DNA from: an uncultured Acidobacteriota bacterium
Lineage (GTDB): Bacteria > Acidobacteriota > UBA6911
Reading direction: 5' to 3'
Assembly (NCBI GenBank): GCA_963843575.1
Contig: CAWJKZ010000015.1
Span: 128,001-192,000 of the forward strand
Length of the DNA stretch: 64,000 nucleotides
The notes beneath the pieces were generated by a model. That model was not told where the DNA came from. It did not search any database and saw only the letters and a program-made list of their open reading frames with translations. Made by a program: the position numbers and the translations under genes. The number at the start of each line of letters is the position of its first letter. Position 1 is the first letter of the stretch. Shown piece after piece: positions 8,908-20,536 of this stretch.

Positions 8908-11900
8908 ATGGGAGCCCTACACCGTTTCTACCGGATGGCCGGTGCCGGATTCGAGAACTGTTTTTACGTCGAGGCCTGCGAGCCGCTGGAGCCGAACGAA
9001 CTCCAGGTACTGAGATGGCTTCTGGCCGAGACGTTCGAGCCGGACTCGTTTTCGTTCTCCTCGCTGATAGAAGCCGGCGGCGCCGTGGCCGAGGTCGGCC
9101 CGCGCCTGAATTTCGAGACCGCGTTCTCCACCAACGCCGTGTCGATCTGCCGCGCCTGTGGGTTGGGCAAGGTCGTGCGCGTCGAAAAGTCGAGACGCTG
9201 GTTGCTCCCGACCGGGGTTGCGCCGGCGGAATTCGTCGCCGCGCACCATGACCGCATGACCGAGTGCCGTTACCCGGAACCCCTCGCCAGTTTTGAAACC
9301 GGACTCGTGCCTGAGCCGGTGCGGCGGATCCCCGTGCTCGAGCAGGGATGTGAAGCCCTGCGCGCCCTCAACCGTGAATTGGGCCTCGGGATGGACGCCT
9401 GGGACCTGGATTTCTACTACGATTTGTTCCGCAACCATTTCCGGCGCGACCCCACCGACGTGGAGTGCTTCCAGCTTGCCCAGGCCAACAGCGAACATTC
9501 CCGGCACTGGTTTTTCAAGGGTCAGCTCATCATCGACGGCCAGGCGGCGCCCGAAACACTGTTGCAGATCATCAAGTCCACTCTCGAAGCGAACCCGTCG
9601 AACAGCGTCATCGCGTTCCACGACAATTCCAGCGCCATCCGGGGCTACGACGTATGCACGATCTCCCCCCGCGCTCCCGGCCGATGCTCGCCGTTCGACG
9701 TCACGCGAAATGCCTACGACATCATCTTCACCGCGGAGACCCACAACTTCCCGAGCGGGGTCGCGCCATTTCCCGGGGCCGAGACCGGAACGGGCGGACG
9801 AATCCGCGACGTGCACGCGACGGGCCGCGGAGCACTGGTCGTCGCCGGCACCGCGGGTTACTGCACGGGCGGGCTCAACATCCCGGGCCACGCCATTCCC
9901 GGGGAGGACCCCGGATTCGCCTATCCGGGCAATCTCGCGACCCCGCTGCAGATCCTCATCGGGGAAAGCAACGGCGCGTCGGACTACGGCAACAAGTTCG
10001 GAGAACCGCTCATCCAGGGTTTCGCGCGCTCCTTCGGGTTGCGGCTGCCGGACGGGAGCCGGCGCGAATGGGTCAAGCCGATCATGTTTACGGGCGGCGT
10101 CGGGCAGATCGACGCCCGGCACATTCGCAAGGGCGAACCACGTCGGGGGATGCTCGTGGTGCAGGTGGGGGGGCCCGCGTACCGCATCGGTATCGGCGGC
10201 GGGGCCGCCTCGAGCATGATGCAGGGGGAAAACAAGGAAGAGCTCGATTTCAGCGCCGTCCAGCGCGGCGACGCCGAGATGGAGCAGAAAATGAACCGGG
10301 TCATCCGCGCCTGCGTGGAACTGGGGGAGGCCAACCCCATCGTGAGCATTCACGATCAGGGCGCCGGCGGACCCTGCAACGTCGTCACGGAACTCGTGGA
10401 CCCGGCTGGCGGGCGCATCGAGATCAGAAACATCCGGCTGGGCGACCGGACGATGTCGGTGCTCGAGATCTGGGGTGCCGAGTATCAGGAGCGCGTAGCC
10501 CTCCTGTTGCATGCCAAGCGCCTGGCGGGATTCCAGGAGATCTGCGCCCGCGAGAAGGTGAGCTGCGAAATCCTCGGGGAAGTGACCGGTGACGGCAGTA
10601 TCACGGTGCACGACGAGATCGACGATTCGTGCCCGGTTGACCTGGAGCTCGCCCCGATCCTCACCAACATACCCCAGAAGCGGTTCGAGCTGGAGCGGCT
10701 GGCGCAGGCTCGCTCGCCCCTGCGCCTTCCGCCGGATCTGAGGCTGGTGGATGCGGTGCGCGACGTGTTGCGCCTCCCGGCGGTCGGTTCGAAGGGGTTT
10801 CTCGTGCGCAAGGTGGACCGCAGCGTCACGGGCCTGATCGCCCGGCAGCAGTGTTGCGGGCCGCTCCACCTGCCGGTCTGCGACGTGTCGGTGGTCGCTC
10901 AGAGTCACTTCGGTCTGACCGGTGCGGCCCTCAGCATCGGCGAGCAACCGGTCAAGAGCCTGGTCGACGTGCGGGCCGGGGCGCGCATGGCCGTCGCCGA
11001 AGCATTGACCAACATGGTTTGGGCCCTCATCTCCGACCTGTCGCACGTCAAGTGCTCGGTCAACTGGATGTGGGCCGCGAAGACCCCCGGCGAGGGTGCC
11101 GCGATGCACGATGCCGCCGTCGCGTTGCGCGACCTGATGGTCGAACTCGGCATCGCGGCCGACGGCGGGAAGGACAGCCTCTCGATGGCGGCCCGCGTCG
11201 GCGAGGAACTGGTCAAGGCCCCTGGCCAGGTGGTGGTCTCGGGGTACGCCTCGATGCCCGATGTGACCCGCGTCGTGACCCCGGACCTCAAGAGTCCCGG
11301 CGAGAGCCGTCTGATGCTGCTGGACCTGGCTCCAGGGAAGGCGCGCCTCGGGGGCTCCGCCCTCGCCCAGGCGCTTGGCCAGGTCGGGGATGAATCTCCC
11401 GACATCGACGATCCTGCCCTGCTCAAGCGCGCCTTCGTCGTGCTGCAGGACCTCATCCGGGAGGGCCTGGTGCTCGCCGGCCACGATCGCAGCGACGGCG
11501 GCCTGGTCACCACCGTGGCCGAGATGGCCATGGCCGGGAACTGCGGCGTCGACATCGGGCTGGAGGGGGAGTTCGACGATGTTTCTCAACTCTTCGCCGA
11601 GGAAGCCGGGCTGGTTCTGGAATACCTCCCGCAGCACGAGGAACGCATCCGAACGCTGCTCGGCGGGTGCGGCGTCCCGTTCCGCGTCCTGGGCGACACC
11701 ATCAGGGAGCGCCGCGTCACGATGCGCCGGGGCGGCCTCCGCCTCCTGGATCTACCGACCCCACTGCTGCTCTCCTGGTGGGAGGAGACCTCCGACCGCA
11801 TCGAGAGCCTGCAGATGAACCCCGACTGCGCCCGGGAGCAGGCCCTGGCGCACGACCGTCCGGGTCCGCGCTACACGCTTGCGTTCGACCCCGAACCCAC

Positions 11901-12728
11901 GACCGGCGCCTGTCCTTCAGCGAAAGACCAAGCCGAAGGTGGCCATCATCAGGGAAGAGGGGAGCAACGGCGACAGGGAAATGACGTCGGCATTCTATGC
12001 CGCCGGGTTCGAGCCCTGGGACATCACGATGTCGGACCTGCAGCGGGGCGACGTCGAGCTCGACCCCTTCAGGGGCGTCGTGTTCGTCGGAGGCTTCTCC
12101 TACGCCGACGTGCTCGACAGCGCCAAGGGCTGGGCCGGCATCATCCGGTTCGACGAGTCGCTGCGCCACATGTTCGACGGCTTCTACCGGCGCCAGGACA
12201 CGTTTTCGCTCGGCGTCTGCAACGGTTGCCAGCTCATGGCGCTCCTCGGATGGATCCCGTGGGCTGGTATCCCCGACACCAGCCAACCCAGGTTCATCAG
12301 GAACACCTCGGGCCGGTTCGAGTCCCGCTGGGCCACGGTGAAGATCGTCGAGAGCCCCGCCGTCATGCTGAGCGGCATGGAAGGCTCCACGCTCGGCATC
12401 TGGGTCGCCCACGGCGAAGGGCGCTTGCTCTGCCCGGACGGCTCGGTGCTCGACGAGATCCGGCGGCGGAACCTGGCGCCGATGCATTTCGTCGACGACT
12501 CGGGTGAAGCGACGGAGAAATACCCGTTCAACCCGAACGGATCGACCCTCGGGATAACTGTCGCTCTGTTCGGCCGACGGCCGGCACCTGGCGATGATGC
12601 CGCATCCCGAGCGCTCCTTCCTGAAATGGCAGTGGCCTTGGATGCCCGAGGACTGGCGGGCTTCTCTGCGCGCATCCCCGTGGTTGCGCATGTTCCAGAA
12701 TGCGCGTGCCTGGTGCGAAGCGGGGTAG
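8908..12728 (+). CDS. purL: Phosphoribosylformylglycinamidine synthase, large single-chain PurL; two +1 frameshifts (about 11902 and 12561), probably sequence errors
   Basis: QANSEHSRHWFF, AETHNFP, HDQGAGG, GGKDSLSM; glutaminase domain GVCNGCQ and MMPHPER in successive frames; stop TAG 12726-12728. Confidence 0.92.
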
Positions 12729-12748
12729 AGACACAACCACAACAACTT

Positions 12749-12810
12749 GCCACGGAAATCACGGAATTTCAAAAGTGGAGTTTTCGGTGTTCTTCCGTGG
12801 CCTCCGTGGC
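12749..12810. repeat. Palindromic intergenic repeat, family C
   Basis: gccacggaaatcacggaa ... ttccgtggcctccgtggc just after the purL stop. Confidence 0.7.
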
Positions 12811-12936
12811 GAGTTTTGGCTTGTGTGCGCCATAGTCTTCGGCGCCCCGATGTACTAATCTTATTCGGTCCCTCCCTGTATGGCATGCGGCCGCTTCCAG
12901 TGCCGCCGCCTCCAGCACACTGTCCATCGGCGATTT

Positions 12937-14865
12937 ATGTCATTGAAACCGGGAGTGCTCTTCAAGGTCGGCAGGGAGGTTGCCCGCCGGTACGCGATCG
13001 GGGCCGAGGTGCTCCCGCAGGGGGGCGTGCATTTCAGGGTGTGGGCGCCGCGCCGGCGCTCGGTCGAAGTTGTGCTGGAGGGCGGGCCCGGCTCCGGCAC
13101 AGGAGAACGGGTCGCGCTCGAGCTTGCGCCGGAGCCGGCCGGATATTTTTCGGTGGTTGCGCCCGACGCAGCCCACGGAACCCTGTACCGGTTCAAGCTG
13201 GACGGGGGCACGCCGGCATACCCCGATCCAGGCTCCCGTTTCCAGCCCGAAGGGCCTGACGGGCCATCACAGGTGATCGATCCGAGGCGCTTTCAATGGA
13301 CGGACGGCCGGTGGCGGGGCGCCGGGCTGAAGGGACAAATCATCTACGAGATGCACATCGGGACCTTCACCCAGACCGGGACGTGGAAGAGCGCGACGCG
13401 CGAACTCCCCGAAGTGGCGGAGACGGGGGTGACCGTCCTGGAAATCATGCCCGTGGCGGACTTCCCCGGCAGGTTCGGCTGGGGGTATGACGGGGTCAAC
13501 CTCTTTGCCCCGACGCGCCTTTATGGCGAGCCCGACGATTTCCGCCGGTTTGTCGACCGCGCCCACGCGCTCGGACTCGCCGTGATCCTGGACGTCGTTT
13601 ACAGCCACCTGGGACCGGATGGTGACTACCTGGGAGAATTCTCCGACTCCTACCTCACCGACCGTCACGAAAACGAGTGGGGGCGGCCCATCAACTTCGA
13701 CGGCCCGGACTCCGGACCCATTCGGGAATTTTTCCTCGCCAACGCAGGCTACTGGGTCGAGGAATTCCACATCGACGGGCTGCGCCTCGCCGCCACCGAC
13801 CAAATCTTCGACAGCTCCCCGGACCACATCATCGCGGAGGTGAGGCGGTGTGTGCGTCAGACGGCACGCGGCCGGACGACGCTCGTGCTGGCCGAGAACG
13901 AGCGCAGGGACGTCAAACTCGTGCGGCGCGAGGAACAGGGCGGATACGGTGTCGACGGCCTCTGGAACGACGACTTCCACCTCAGCGCCATGGTCGCGAT
14001 GACCGGGCGGAAGGAGGCCTACACCACGGACTACTTCGGAAGCCCCCAGGAGTTCATTTCCGCGGTCAAATGGGGTTACCTGTACCAGGGGCAGCGCTGC
14101 AAGTGGATGAAGAAGAAGCGGTGCGGAACCCCTTCGGCCGGCATCGAGCCGGCGGCGTTCGTCCTGTTCATTCAAAACCACGACCAGGTGGCCAACTCGC
14201 CCCGAGGGCTGCGGGTCCACGCCCTGACGAGTCCCGGGGTGTGCCGCGCCGTGACGGCTTTGATGCTACTGGCCCCGGGCACGCCGATGCTGTTTCAGGG
14301 GCAGGAGTTTGCCGCCTCGTCTCCCTTTCTGTATTTCGCCGATCACACGGCCGGCCTGGGCTCCGCAGTACGCAAAGGGAGGGCGGTCTTCCTGTCGCAA
14401 TTCCCCTCCCCCGAGGCGCAGGCGCTGCTGGCCGACCCCGGTTCCGACGAGACCTTCATGCGTTCAAAGCTCGACCTGTCCGAGCGCGCCCTCCACGCGG
14501 AGGCCTACGCGTTGCACTGCGATCTCATCAGGCTTCGACGGGAGGATCCCGTCTTCGTGGCGCAGCGCTGGGGAGGGGTGGACGGTGCCGTCCTCGGGCC
14601 CAACGCGTTTGTCTTGCGCTTCTTCGACGACGGCGCCAACGACCGCCTGCTGATCCTCAACCTCGGCGTCGACCTGCACCTCGATCCCGCCCCGGAGCCG
14701 CTGCTGGCGCCGCCTGAGGGCATGCGCTGGCGCACGATCTGGTCGAGCGAGGACCCGCGTTACGGCGGCAGCGGCACGACGGAGGCGGAAACCGAGGAGG
14801 ATTGGCGCATACCCGGCCACGCCGCGCTGGTGCTGGGTCCGGAAAGAGAAGAACCCGCGGGGTGA
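12937..14865 (+). CDS. treZ: Malto-oligosyltrehalose trehalohydrolase homologue (GH13 with N-terminal CBM48); catalytic nucleophile Asp replaced by Ala
   Basis: FRVWAP, IYEMHIGTF, WGYDGV, WNDDFH, QNHDQV, PMLFQGQEF; region II reads DGLRLAA instead of DGLRLDA. Confidence 0.85.
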   Translation: MSLKPGVLFKVGREVARRYAIGAEVLPQGGVHFRVWAPRRRSVEVVLEGGPGSGTGERVALELAPEPAGYFSVVAPDAAHGTLYRFKLDGGTPAYPDPGSRFQPEGPDGPSQVIDPRRFQWTDGRWRGAGLKGQIIYEMHIGTFTQTGTWKSATRELPEVAETGVTVLEIMPVADFPGRFGWGYDGVNLFAPTRLYGEPDDFRRFVDRAHALGLAVILDVVYSHLGPDGDYLGEFSDSYLTDRHENEWGRPINFDGPDSGPIREFFLANAGYWVEEFHIDGLRLAATDQIFDSSPDHIIAEVRRCVRQTARGRTTLVLAENERRDVKLVRREEQGGYGVDGLWNDDFHLSAMVAMTGRKEAYTTDYFGSPQEFISAVKWGYLYQGQRCKWMKKKRCGTPSAGIEPAAFVLFIQNHDQVANSPRGLRVHALTSPGVCRAVTALMLLAPGTPMLFQGQEFAASSPFLYFADHTAGLGSAVRKGRAVFLSQFPSPEAQALLADPGSDETFMRSKLDLSERALHAEAYALHCDLIRLRREDPVFVAQRWGGVDGAVLGPNAFVLRFFDDGANDRLLILNLGVDLHLDPAPEPLLAPPEGMRWRTIWSSEDPRYGGSGTTEAETEEDWRIPGHAALVLGPEREEPAG

Positions 14866-14923
14866 TCCGCCGCTCTGGATGCCGGATCGCTGTTGACCGG
14901 GGAACCGCGATTCGGCGAGGACC

Positions 14924-17410
14924 CTATTGCTGCCTAAGGGTGAGAAGCGGGTCCACGCGCGTCGCCCGTCGCGCCGGGAAGTAGATCGATATGGCGGCCA
15001 CGATCAGCAGCAAGACCGGCACCGTGACAAACGTCCACAAGTCGCGGGGGCCGACGCCGTACAGCAGCGACCCGATGACACGGGTGAGGTGCCAGGCGAG
15101 CACCCAGCCGGCCGCAATCCCCGCACCGGCCAGCAGCAACCCCTGCCGCACCACCATGTGGCGCACGTCCGTCCCGCTCGCGCCGAGCGCCAGGCGAATG
15201 CCGATCTCTCTCCGGCGCTGGCTCACCGAGTAGGCCATGACGCCGTAGATGCCCAAGGCCGCCAGCAGCAGGGCGACGACGGCGAAGACGATCAGCAGGA
15301 ACGTGTTGAACCGTTGCGGGGCGACGGACGCGTTGATCAGTTGGTCCATGGTCTGGACTGCAGTTACTGGGAGGGAAGCGTCCAGCTCCCGAATGGCGTC
15401 GCGCAGCGGGGTCACCAGCGCCAGGGGCTCGCGGTCCGACCGGATCAGCAGATCGACCGCGCGGAGCCAGCCTGTCACGGTTTCGGAGAGCTCCTCGTCG
15501 GGTACCTGCAGATAGGGCTCGTACACCTGCGGGATGGTTTCCGTGTGGAGCGGTCCGTTCTTTGTGTCCGCGACCACGCCTACAATCTCGTACCACGGCG
15601 CCGAGGAGTTTGCGATGCCCCACTTCATACGGCGGCCGACCGGATCCAATCCGGGCCAGAACGTGCGCGCCATCGTTTCGTTGACGACAACCACGCCTTC
15701 CCCTGCGTCGCCGTCCCGATCGGCCAGGTACCTCCCCCGCTTCAACTGGATGCCGAGGACCGTGAAGTAATCGCCGAAAATGCGGGCGCACGACACGACC
15801 TGGGGCGGGCCGTTTTCCCTCGCATACGCGGGTTCGGGGGAGAAGACCCTCCTTTCATGGACCGACAGTGGCAGGTCCGTGGCGATTGCGGCTGCGCGCA
15901 CCCCCGGCACGGCCCTGGCCCGCTCCAGCAGTCCGCGATGAAAGGACCGGATCTGGTACGCTCGGGTGTAGGCGGTGCCTGGCAAGCTCGTCGAGAGACT
16001 CAGCACGTGCTGGGACCGGAATCCAGGGTCCGTCGAGACGAGCCGGATGAAGCTGCGCGCAAGGAGCCCCGCCCCTACCAGGAGAGTGACCGCCAGGGCG
16101 AACTGGGTAACGACCAGGGCCCCGAGAACACGGCCGGGCCGTCTTCCCGCCGTCCCGGTGGGGCCGCCCTCCTTCAGGACCTCGACGAGGTCCCGGCCGG
16201 AGGTCCCCAGTGCCGGGGCGACCCCCGATAACACCGCCGTCAGCACGCAGAGGGTGAGGGTGAACGCGAGCACGCGGCCGTCGATGCCGATCTCGCCGGT
16301 CCGCGGGATGCTGACCGGGGCGAGCGAGACGAGGGCATCGGTCGCCCACTGCGCGATCATCAGCCCTGCTATCCCACCCGACAGGGCGACGGCGAACGTC
16401 TCCGTCAGCACCTGGGTCACGAGGCGGCGGCGCGGGGCCCCCAGCGCGCTGCGGACGGCCATCTCGCGCTGGCGCACGACTGCCCGGGTAAGCAGGAGAT
16501 TGGTGACGTCCGCGCAGGCAATCAGCAGCACCGCCCCTACCGCCGCCAGCAGGATCAGGAGCTGACGCCGCACCGCGCCCACGACCTCGTCGTGAAGCGG
16601 GACGAGCACGGCCCCGAGCTCGAAACTGGGCAGATTCCGGAGGTAAGCAGGGTACTGCTCCTGGAACCGGTGAATCACGACCTCGGCTTCCGCCGTCGCA
16701 TGGCTGAGCGTCGCCTCCGGGGCCAGGCGCGCCAGGACCCCGTTGTTGTACATCATCCCGAAACCGCCCAGTTCGCTGTCGGTAAACGACATCGGCAAGA
16801 ACACTTCGGCCGGCTCGTCGTTGTACACGGGGCCTCGAAGCGGAAACTCGAAACCGACCGGCAGGACCCCCAAAATGGTGTATGGGGTGCGGTCGAGGTA
16901 GATTGCCTGGCCCACCGCCTCGGGATTCCCGCCAAACTGCCTGCGCCAGAGGCCATTGCCGAGAACCGCAACCTTCGCCCGGATCGATTCTTCTTCCCGG
17001 GAGTAAACCCGCCCCAGCGCCGGTTCCACCCCGAGCAGGGGGAACAGGTCTGCCGTGGCCCGCAGGCCGATGATCCTTAGCGGCTGCCCCGAACCCGAAA
17101 GCTCGTACGTGCGGTTCTGGTACGCAGCCGTGCGCTCGAGGAGACGCACCTGCCGGCTGAACGCCACGTAGTCGGGCGCCGAAAAAGGGATCTTCGCCGC
17201 CCCCATCCTGGGCATGGCTTCGTGCACCGTCACCAGACGCTCCGAGTGGGCAAAGGGCAAGGGACGCAGCAGGACGGCGTTCACGACACTGAAGATGGCG
17301 GCGTTTGCCCCGATCCCCAGCCCGAGGGACAGGACGGCGGCAAGGGTGAACGAAGGGTGCTTCAGGAGCAATCTGAACCCGTGACGCAAGTCCCGCAGCA
17401 GGATATCCAT
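14924..17410 (-). CDS. ADOP-type duplicated ABC permease (MacB/FtsX-like, acidobacterial orphan permease)
   Basis: [46 protein letters not shown] ... [11 protein letters not shown] ... [10 protein letters not shown]. Confidence 0.92.
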   Translation of the reverse strand: MDILLRDLRHGFRLLLKHPSFTLAAVLSLGLGIGANAAIFSVVNAVLLRPLPFAHSERLVTVHEAMPRMGAAKIPFSAPDYVAFSRQVRLLERTAAYQNRTYELSGSGQPLRIIGLRATADLFPLLGVEPALGRVYSREEESIRAKVAVLGNGLWRRQFGGNPEAVGQAIYLDRTPYTILGVLPVGFEFPLRGPVYNDEPAEVFLPMSFTDSELGGFGMMYNNGVLARLAPEATLSHATAEAEVVIHRFQEQYPAYLRNLPSFELGAVLVPLHDEVVGAVRRQLLILLAAVGAVLLIACADVTNLLLTRAVVRQREMAVRSALGAPRRRLVTQVLTETFAVALSGGIAGLMIAQWATDALVSLAPVSIPRTGEIGIDGRVLAFTLTLCVLTAVLSGVAPALGTSGRDLVEVLKEGGPTGTAGRRPGRVLGALVVTQFALAVTLLVGAGLLARSFIRLVSTDPGFRSQHVLSLSTSLPGTAYTRAYQIRSFHRGLLERARAVPGVRAAAIATDLPLSVHERRVFSPEPAYARENGPPQVVSCARIFGDYFTVLGIQLKRGRYLADRDGDAGEGVVVVNETMARTFWPGLDPVGRRMKWGIANSSAPWYEIVGVVADTKNGPLHTETIPQVYEPYLQVPDEELSETVTGWLRAVDLLIRSDREPLALVTPLRDAIRELDASLPVTAVQTMDQLINASVAPQRFNTFLLIVFAVVALLLAALGIYGVMAYSVSQRRREIGIRLALGASGTDVRHMVVRQGLLLAGAGIAAGWVLAWHLTRVIGSLLYGVGPRDLWTFVTVPVLLLIVAAISIYFPARRATRVDPLLTLRQQ

Positions 17411-17445
17411 GATGGCTCCAGTCTATGGCCCAAGCCTGCGACAGG

Positions 17446-17460
17446 GCAATACCTGTGCCC
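17446..17460 (-). promoter_or_regulatory. Candidate sigma54 (-24/-12) promoter of the ADOP permease
   Basis: Minus strand GGGCACAGGTATTGC (GG-N10-GC), about 36 bp upstream of the ATG. Confidence 0.5.
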
Positions 17461-17643
17461 ATCACCGGTGAGCGGAACTGAAGCCCACCCGCGACACGGA
17501 ACCGGCCGCATCGAATTACCGGCCTTAGCTCTTTGTTTGCTATGGAATATCAGTGCTGTGCAGAGGGAGTTTCAGGCTCGGGGCCCGTCGCCGAGGCGCG
17601 TGCGCCGGACCGCAAACGGAATGCGGCCGTCCCACTTTCGAAA

Positions 17644-17885
17644 CTAAGTAGACAGTCTCATGGGTACGCTGACTTATTTTTCAGGACGCAGAACAACACG
17701 GGCGATGAAAGACAAAAGCCAAAACAGAACGCAGATTCCGCGGATCCAACGGGTTCCCACGGATCGGCCGCGCCCGGCAGTCCTCGGGAAGGAATGCCGG
17801 GCGCGTCCTGCCACCAGGCAGCAATCCGCGTGCATCCGCGAAGATCCGCGTCCTGGAAACGTTAGCGTATAACACGAGTACTAAG
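17644..17885. mobile_element. MITE-like non-autonomous element (about 240 bp), copy 2
   Basis: Ends CTAAGTA...GTACTAAG; TACGCTGACT / ACGTTAGCGTA arms; shares ATCCGCGTGCATCCGCG...CCTGGAAACGTTAGCGTAT with copy 1. Confidence 0.6.
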
Positions 17886-17930
17886 GGAGTCGGAATCCAA
17901 CTTCCGGCTGCCGGCTTCTGGCTTCTGTTT

Positions 17931-18893
17931 CTACGTCTTCGCCAGGATCGTACGTTCCAGGACGGCCTTGGTCAGTCTGACCCCCTTCAGCTCGTTTTCC
18001 CAGATCTGTTCAGGAGGGATCTGGGGCGGGGCTGCGGCACCCGGGGCGCGGCGCTCCGTCCTGGGATATGAGGATTCTATGCCGTAGAAACCGTGGTATC
18101 CGGAGTCGCGGCAGATCGTGAGCAGTTTCTCGAGATCCCAGCCCGTGTGCGTCTCGTCGGCGTTCCAGGACGCCTTCACCGAGATGCCCTTGGCGTAGGG
18201 GACGATCTTGCGCAGCACCTCGGCATTGTCGTCTCCCTCGTTGACGTTGCCGAAATCCGGGAGGGTCCCGAAATTCGGGTTGTTGACGGTCTTCATGAGG
18301 CTGACCAGAATTCCCGGGTCCGAGGAGGCCCCGCCGTGATTTTCGATGACCACGTTCATGTCCGCCTGCTTGGCATAGTCGAGCAGGTGGTTGAAGCTCT
18401 CCGCCGCGCGGCTGACAAGGTCCCTATCCTGTTTCCATTCGTCGCCTCGTCCACCCCCCATGTTGCAGCGGATCGCGTGGCAGCCCAGGTAGTGGCCGAC
18501 GTCGATCCACTTGCGGTGCAGGACGGCCGCCTGCATGCGCTCCGCCTTGTCTTTCGCCGACATGTCCCCCTCGCCGTCGACCATGACGAGTACGAAGGTG
18601 ATCCCGTTGGCGTTGGCGTTGTTCTTCAGCTGTTGGAGGTAGCGCTGCACCGGGTTTTCGAAGAACTGGTTGACGAGTTCGATCCCGTTGATGTTGAACT
18701 CCTGCCGCACGATCTTGGGCAGGTCGAGCAGCTTCCATTTCTTCGCCTGGAAGAAGCTGCGATTGATGGACCAGGCCGCTATTGAGATATCGTCCTTTGT
18801 CGGACGGTCCGCGGCGCGCAATGCGCCGCTGGTCACCGCCGCCGCGGCAGCCGCTGCCGAAGCGGACAAAAACTCCCGCCTTGTCGTTTCCAT
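17931..18893 (-). CDS. Tat-exported sugar phosphate isomerase/epimerase (TIM barrel)
   Basis: TRREFL signal; IENHGG, LPDFGN, SVK, GIE motifs. Confidence 0.85.
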   Translation of the reverse strand: METTRREFLSASAAAAAAAVTSGALRAADRPTKDDISIAAWSINRSFFQAKKWKLLDLPKIVRQEFNINGIELVNQFFENPVQRYLQQLKNNANANGITFVLVMVDGEGDMSAKDKAERMQAAVLHRKWIDVGHYLGCHAIRCNMGGGRGDEWKQDRDLVSRAAESFNHLLDYAKQADMNVVIENHGGASSDPGILVSLMKTVNNPNFGTLPDFGNVNEGDDNAEVLRKIVPYAKGISVKASWNADETHTGWDLEKLLTICRDSGYHGFYGIESSYPRTERRAPGAAAPPQIPPEQIWENELKGVRLTKAVLERTILAKT

Positions 18894-19293
18894 GTGTGCT
18901 CCCAATGAGTTACGCGTACAGGCCGTGTCCGGCTCCCGTCGCAGGCGCCGAACCGCGGCAGGGCGCGATTATATGACGATTCGAAGCGAATCGACAGAAA
19001 TGATCGGGCTATCGAAACTAGAAGGCGGGGCTGTCGTCGATCTCAGGGGTGCCGCGAGAGTTCCTGTGCCGGGTCGGGGGGCTTTTCTTCTTCGCGTCGC
19101 GACGCGACGTCGCACGAATTGGACATTCAGGTCTGCACGCCTAGGCGCGGGAGCACCCAGCGCATGGCCGCGAAATAGGCGGCGAAGACCAAGACCATCA
19201 CGAGCCATTCGGGCATTTTAACCTCTACAAATAAGTATAGCACGACGCGAGTCCAAGGCTCAGCCGCTATCCTCGATCGAAGACAACACAACA

Positions 19294-19384
19294 CAAGTGG
19301 GTCCGGGCTTCAGCCCGGACGCAGTTTGATCTGAGCTATATAGCGACCGCAAACTACGTCCGGGCTGAAGCCCGGACCCACTTG
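19294..19384. repeat. REPIN doublet, family A (GTGG-GTCCGGGCT-TC-AGCCCGGAC, inverted pair)
   Basis: caagtgggtccgggcttcagcccggac ... gtccgggctgaagcccggacccacttg, right after the efflux operon. Confidence 0.85.
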
Positions 19385-19398
19385 GTTTTTAGGCGGTG

Positions 19399-20535
19399 TC
19401 AGTCGAGGCGCTTGCGAAAGAGGATGACGCTCAAGGTCAGGATTGAGGCGCCGAGCACGGTGAGCGACAGGATCTGCGGCCAGAGCAACTCGACTCCGAT
19501 CCCCTTGAGGAAGAGGCCGCGGACGATTTCCATGAAATACCGCATCGGGTTGAGGTAGGTGAGGTATTGCACGAGGGCAGGCATGTTGCGGATCGGGAAG
19601 GCGAACCCGCTCAGCAGCAGCGCGGGCATGAAGAAGAAAAAGGAAGATATCATCGCCTGCTGCTGGGTGTGGGAGATGCCGGAGATGAACAGGCCGATCC
19701 CCAGGGTGGCAAGCAGGAACAGAACGGAACAGGCGAACAGGGCCGGGACGCTGCCGCGCAGGGGAGTTCGAAACACCACGAGGGCGGCCAATGTCACGAG
19801 GGCGACCTCGAAGATTCCGATGATGGCAAACGGAAGGATCTTGCCGAGGATCAGCTCGACGGCCCGGATTGGGGTGACCATGAGCTGTTCCATGGTGCCG
19901 ATCTCTTTTTCGCGGACGACGCTCATGGCGGTGAGCATGATGGTGACCAGGGCGATGATGTTCACGACCACGCCGGGAACGAAGTAGTCCTGGCTCTTCA
20001 GCTCGGGGTTGAACCAGATGCGGTGGCGCACCGAGACGGACGGAACCGCGGCGGCCGCAGACCCTCCGCCTGCCGCCGCCTGCCGCCGGGCCGCCACCGC
20101 GGCCGCGTAGCTCGCCACGACCTGCCCGGCATAGCTGGAGGCAATGGCGGCGGTGTTCGAATTGGTCCCGTCGACGAGGATCTGGACCGCGGCGCTGTTC
20201 CCGCGGCGGATGTCGCGTCCGAAGCCGGGGAGCAGGCGCACTACGGCCTGGACCCTTCCGCGGTCGAGCAGTCCGCGCACCTCGTCCTCGCGCGCGGGGG
20301 TGGCGGTAATCTCGAAATAGCGCGATCCCTGAAACGCAGCCAGCAGTTCGCGGCTCTCGGGCGTGCGGTCCATGTCCATCCAGGCGGTGCGCGTGTGCTC
20401 CACGTCGAGGTTGACGGCGTACCCGAAGATGACCAGCTGCAGCAGCGGCGGACCGAACAGCAGGGCGCGCGTCCTCGCGTCCCGGAGGGTCTGGCGGAAC
20501 TCTTTCTTTATGATCTCCCGGATCCTTCCCCACAT
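19399..20535 (-). CDS. ABC-2 type transporter permease (YbhR-like)
   Basis: KEFRQTLRD, VREKEIGTMEQLMVTPI, multiple TM helices. Confidence 0.9.
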   Translation of the reverse strand: MWGRIREIIKKEFRQTLRDARTRALLFGPPLLQLVIFGYAVNLDVEHTRTAWMDMDRTPESRELLAAFQGSRYFEITATPAREDEVRGLLDRGRVQAVVRLLPGFGRDIRRGNSAAVQILVDGTNSNTAAIASSYAGQVVASYAAAVAARRQAAAGGGSAAAAVPSVSVRHRIWFNPELKSQDYFVPGVVVNIIALVTIMLTAMSVVREKEIGTMEQLMVTPIRAVELILGKILPFAIIGIFEVALVTLAALVVFRTPLRGSVPALFACSVLFLLATLGIGLFISGISHTQQQAMISSFFFFMPALLLSGFAFPIRNMPALVQYLTYLNPMRYFMEIVRGLFLKGIGVELLWPQILSLTVLGASILTLSVILFRKRLD

Positions 20536-20536
20536 G

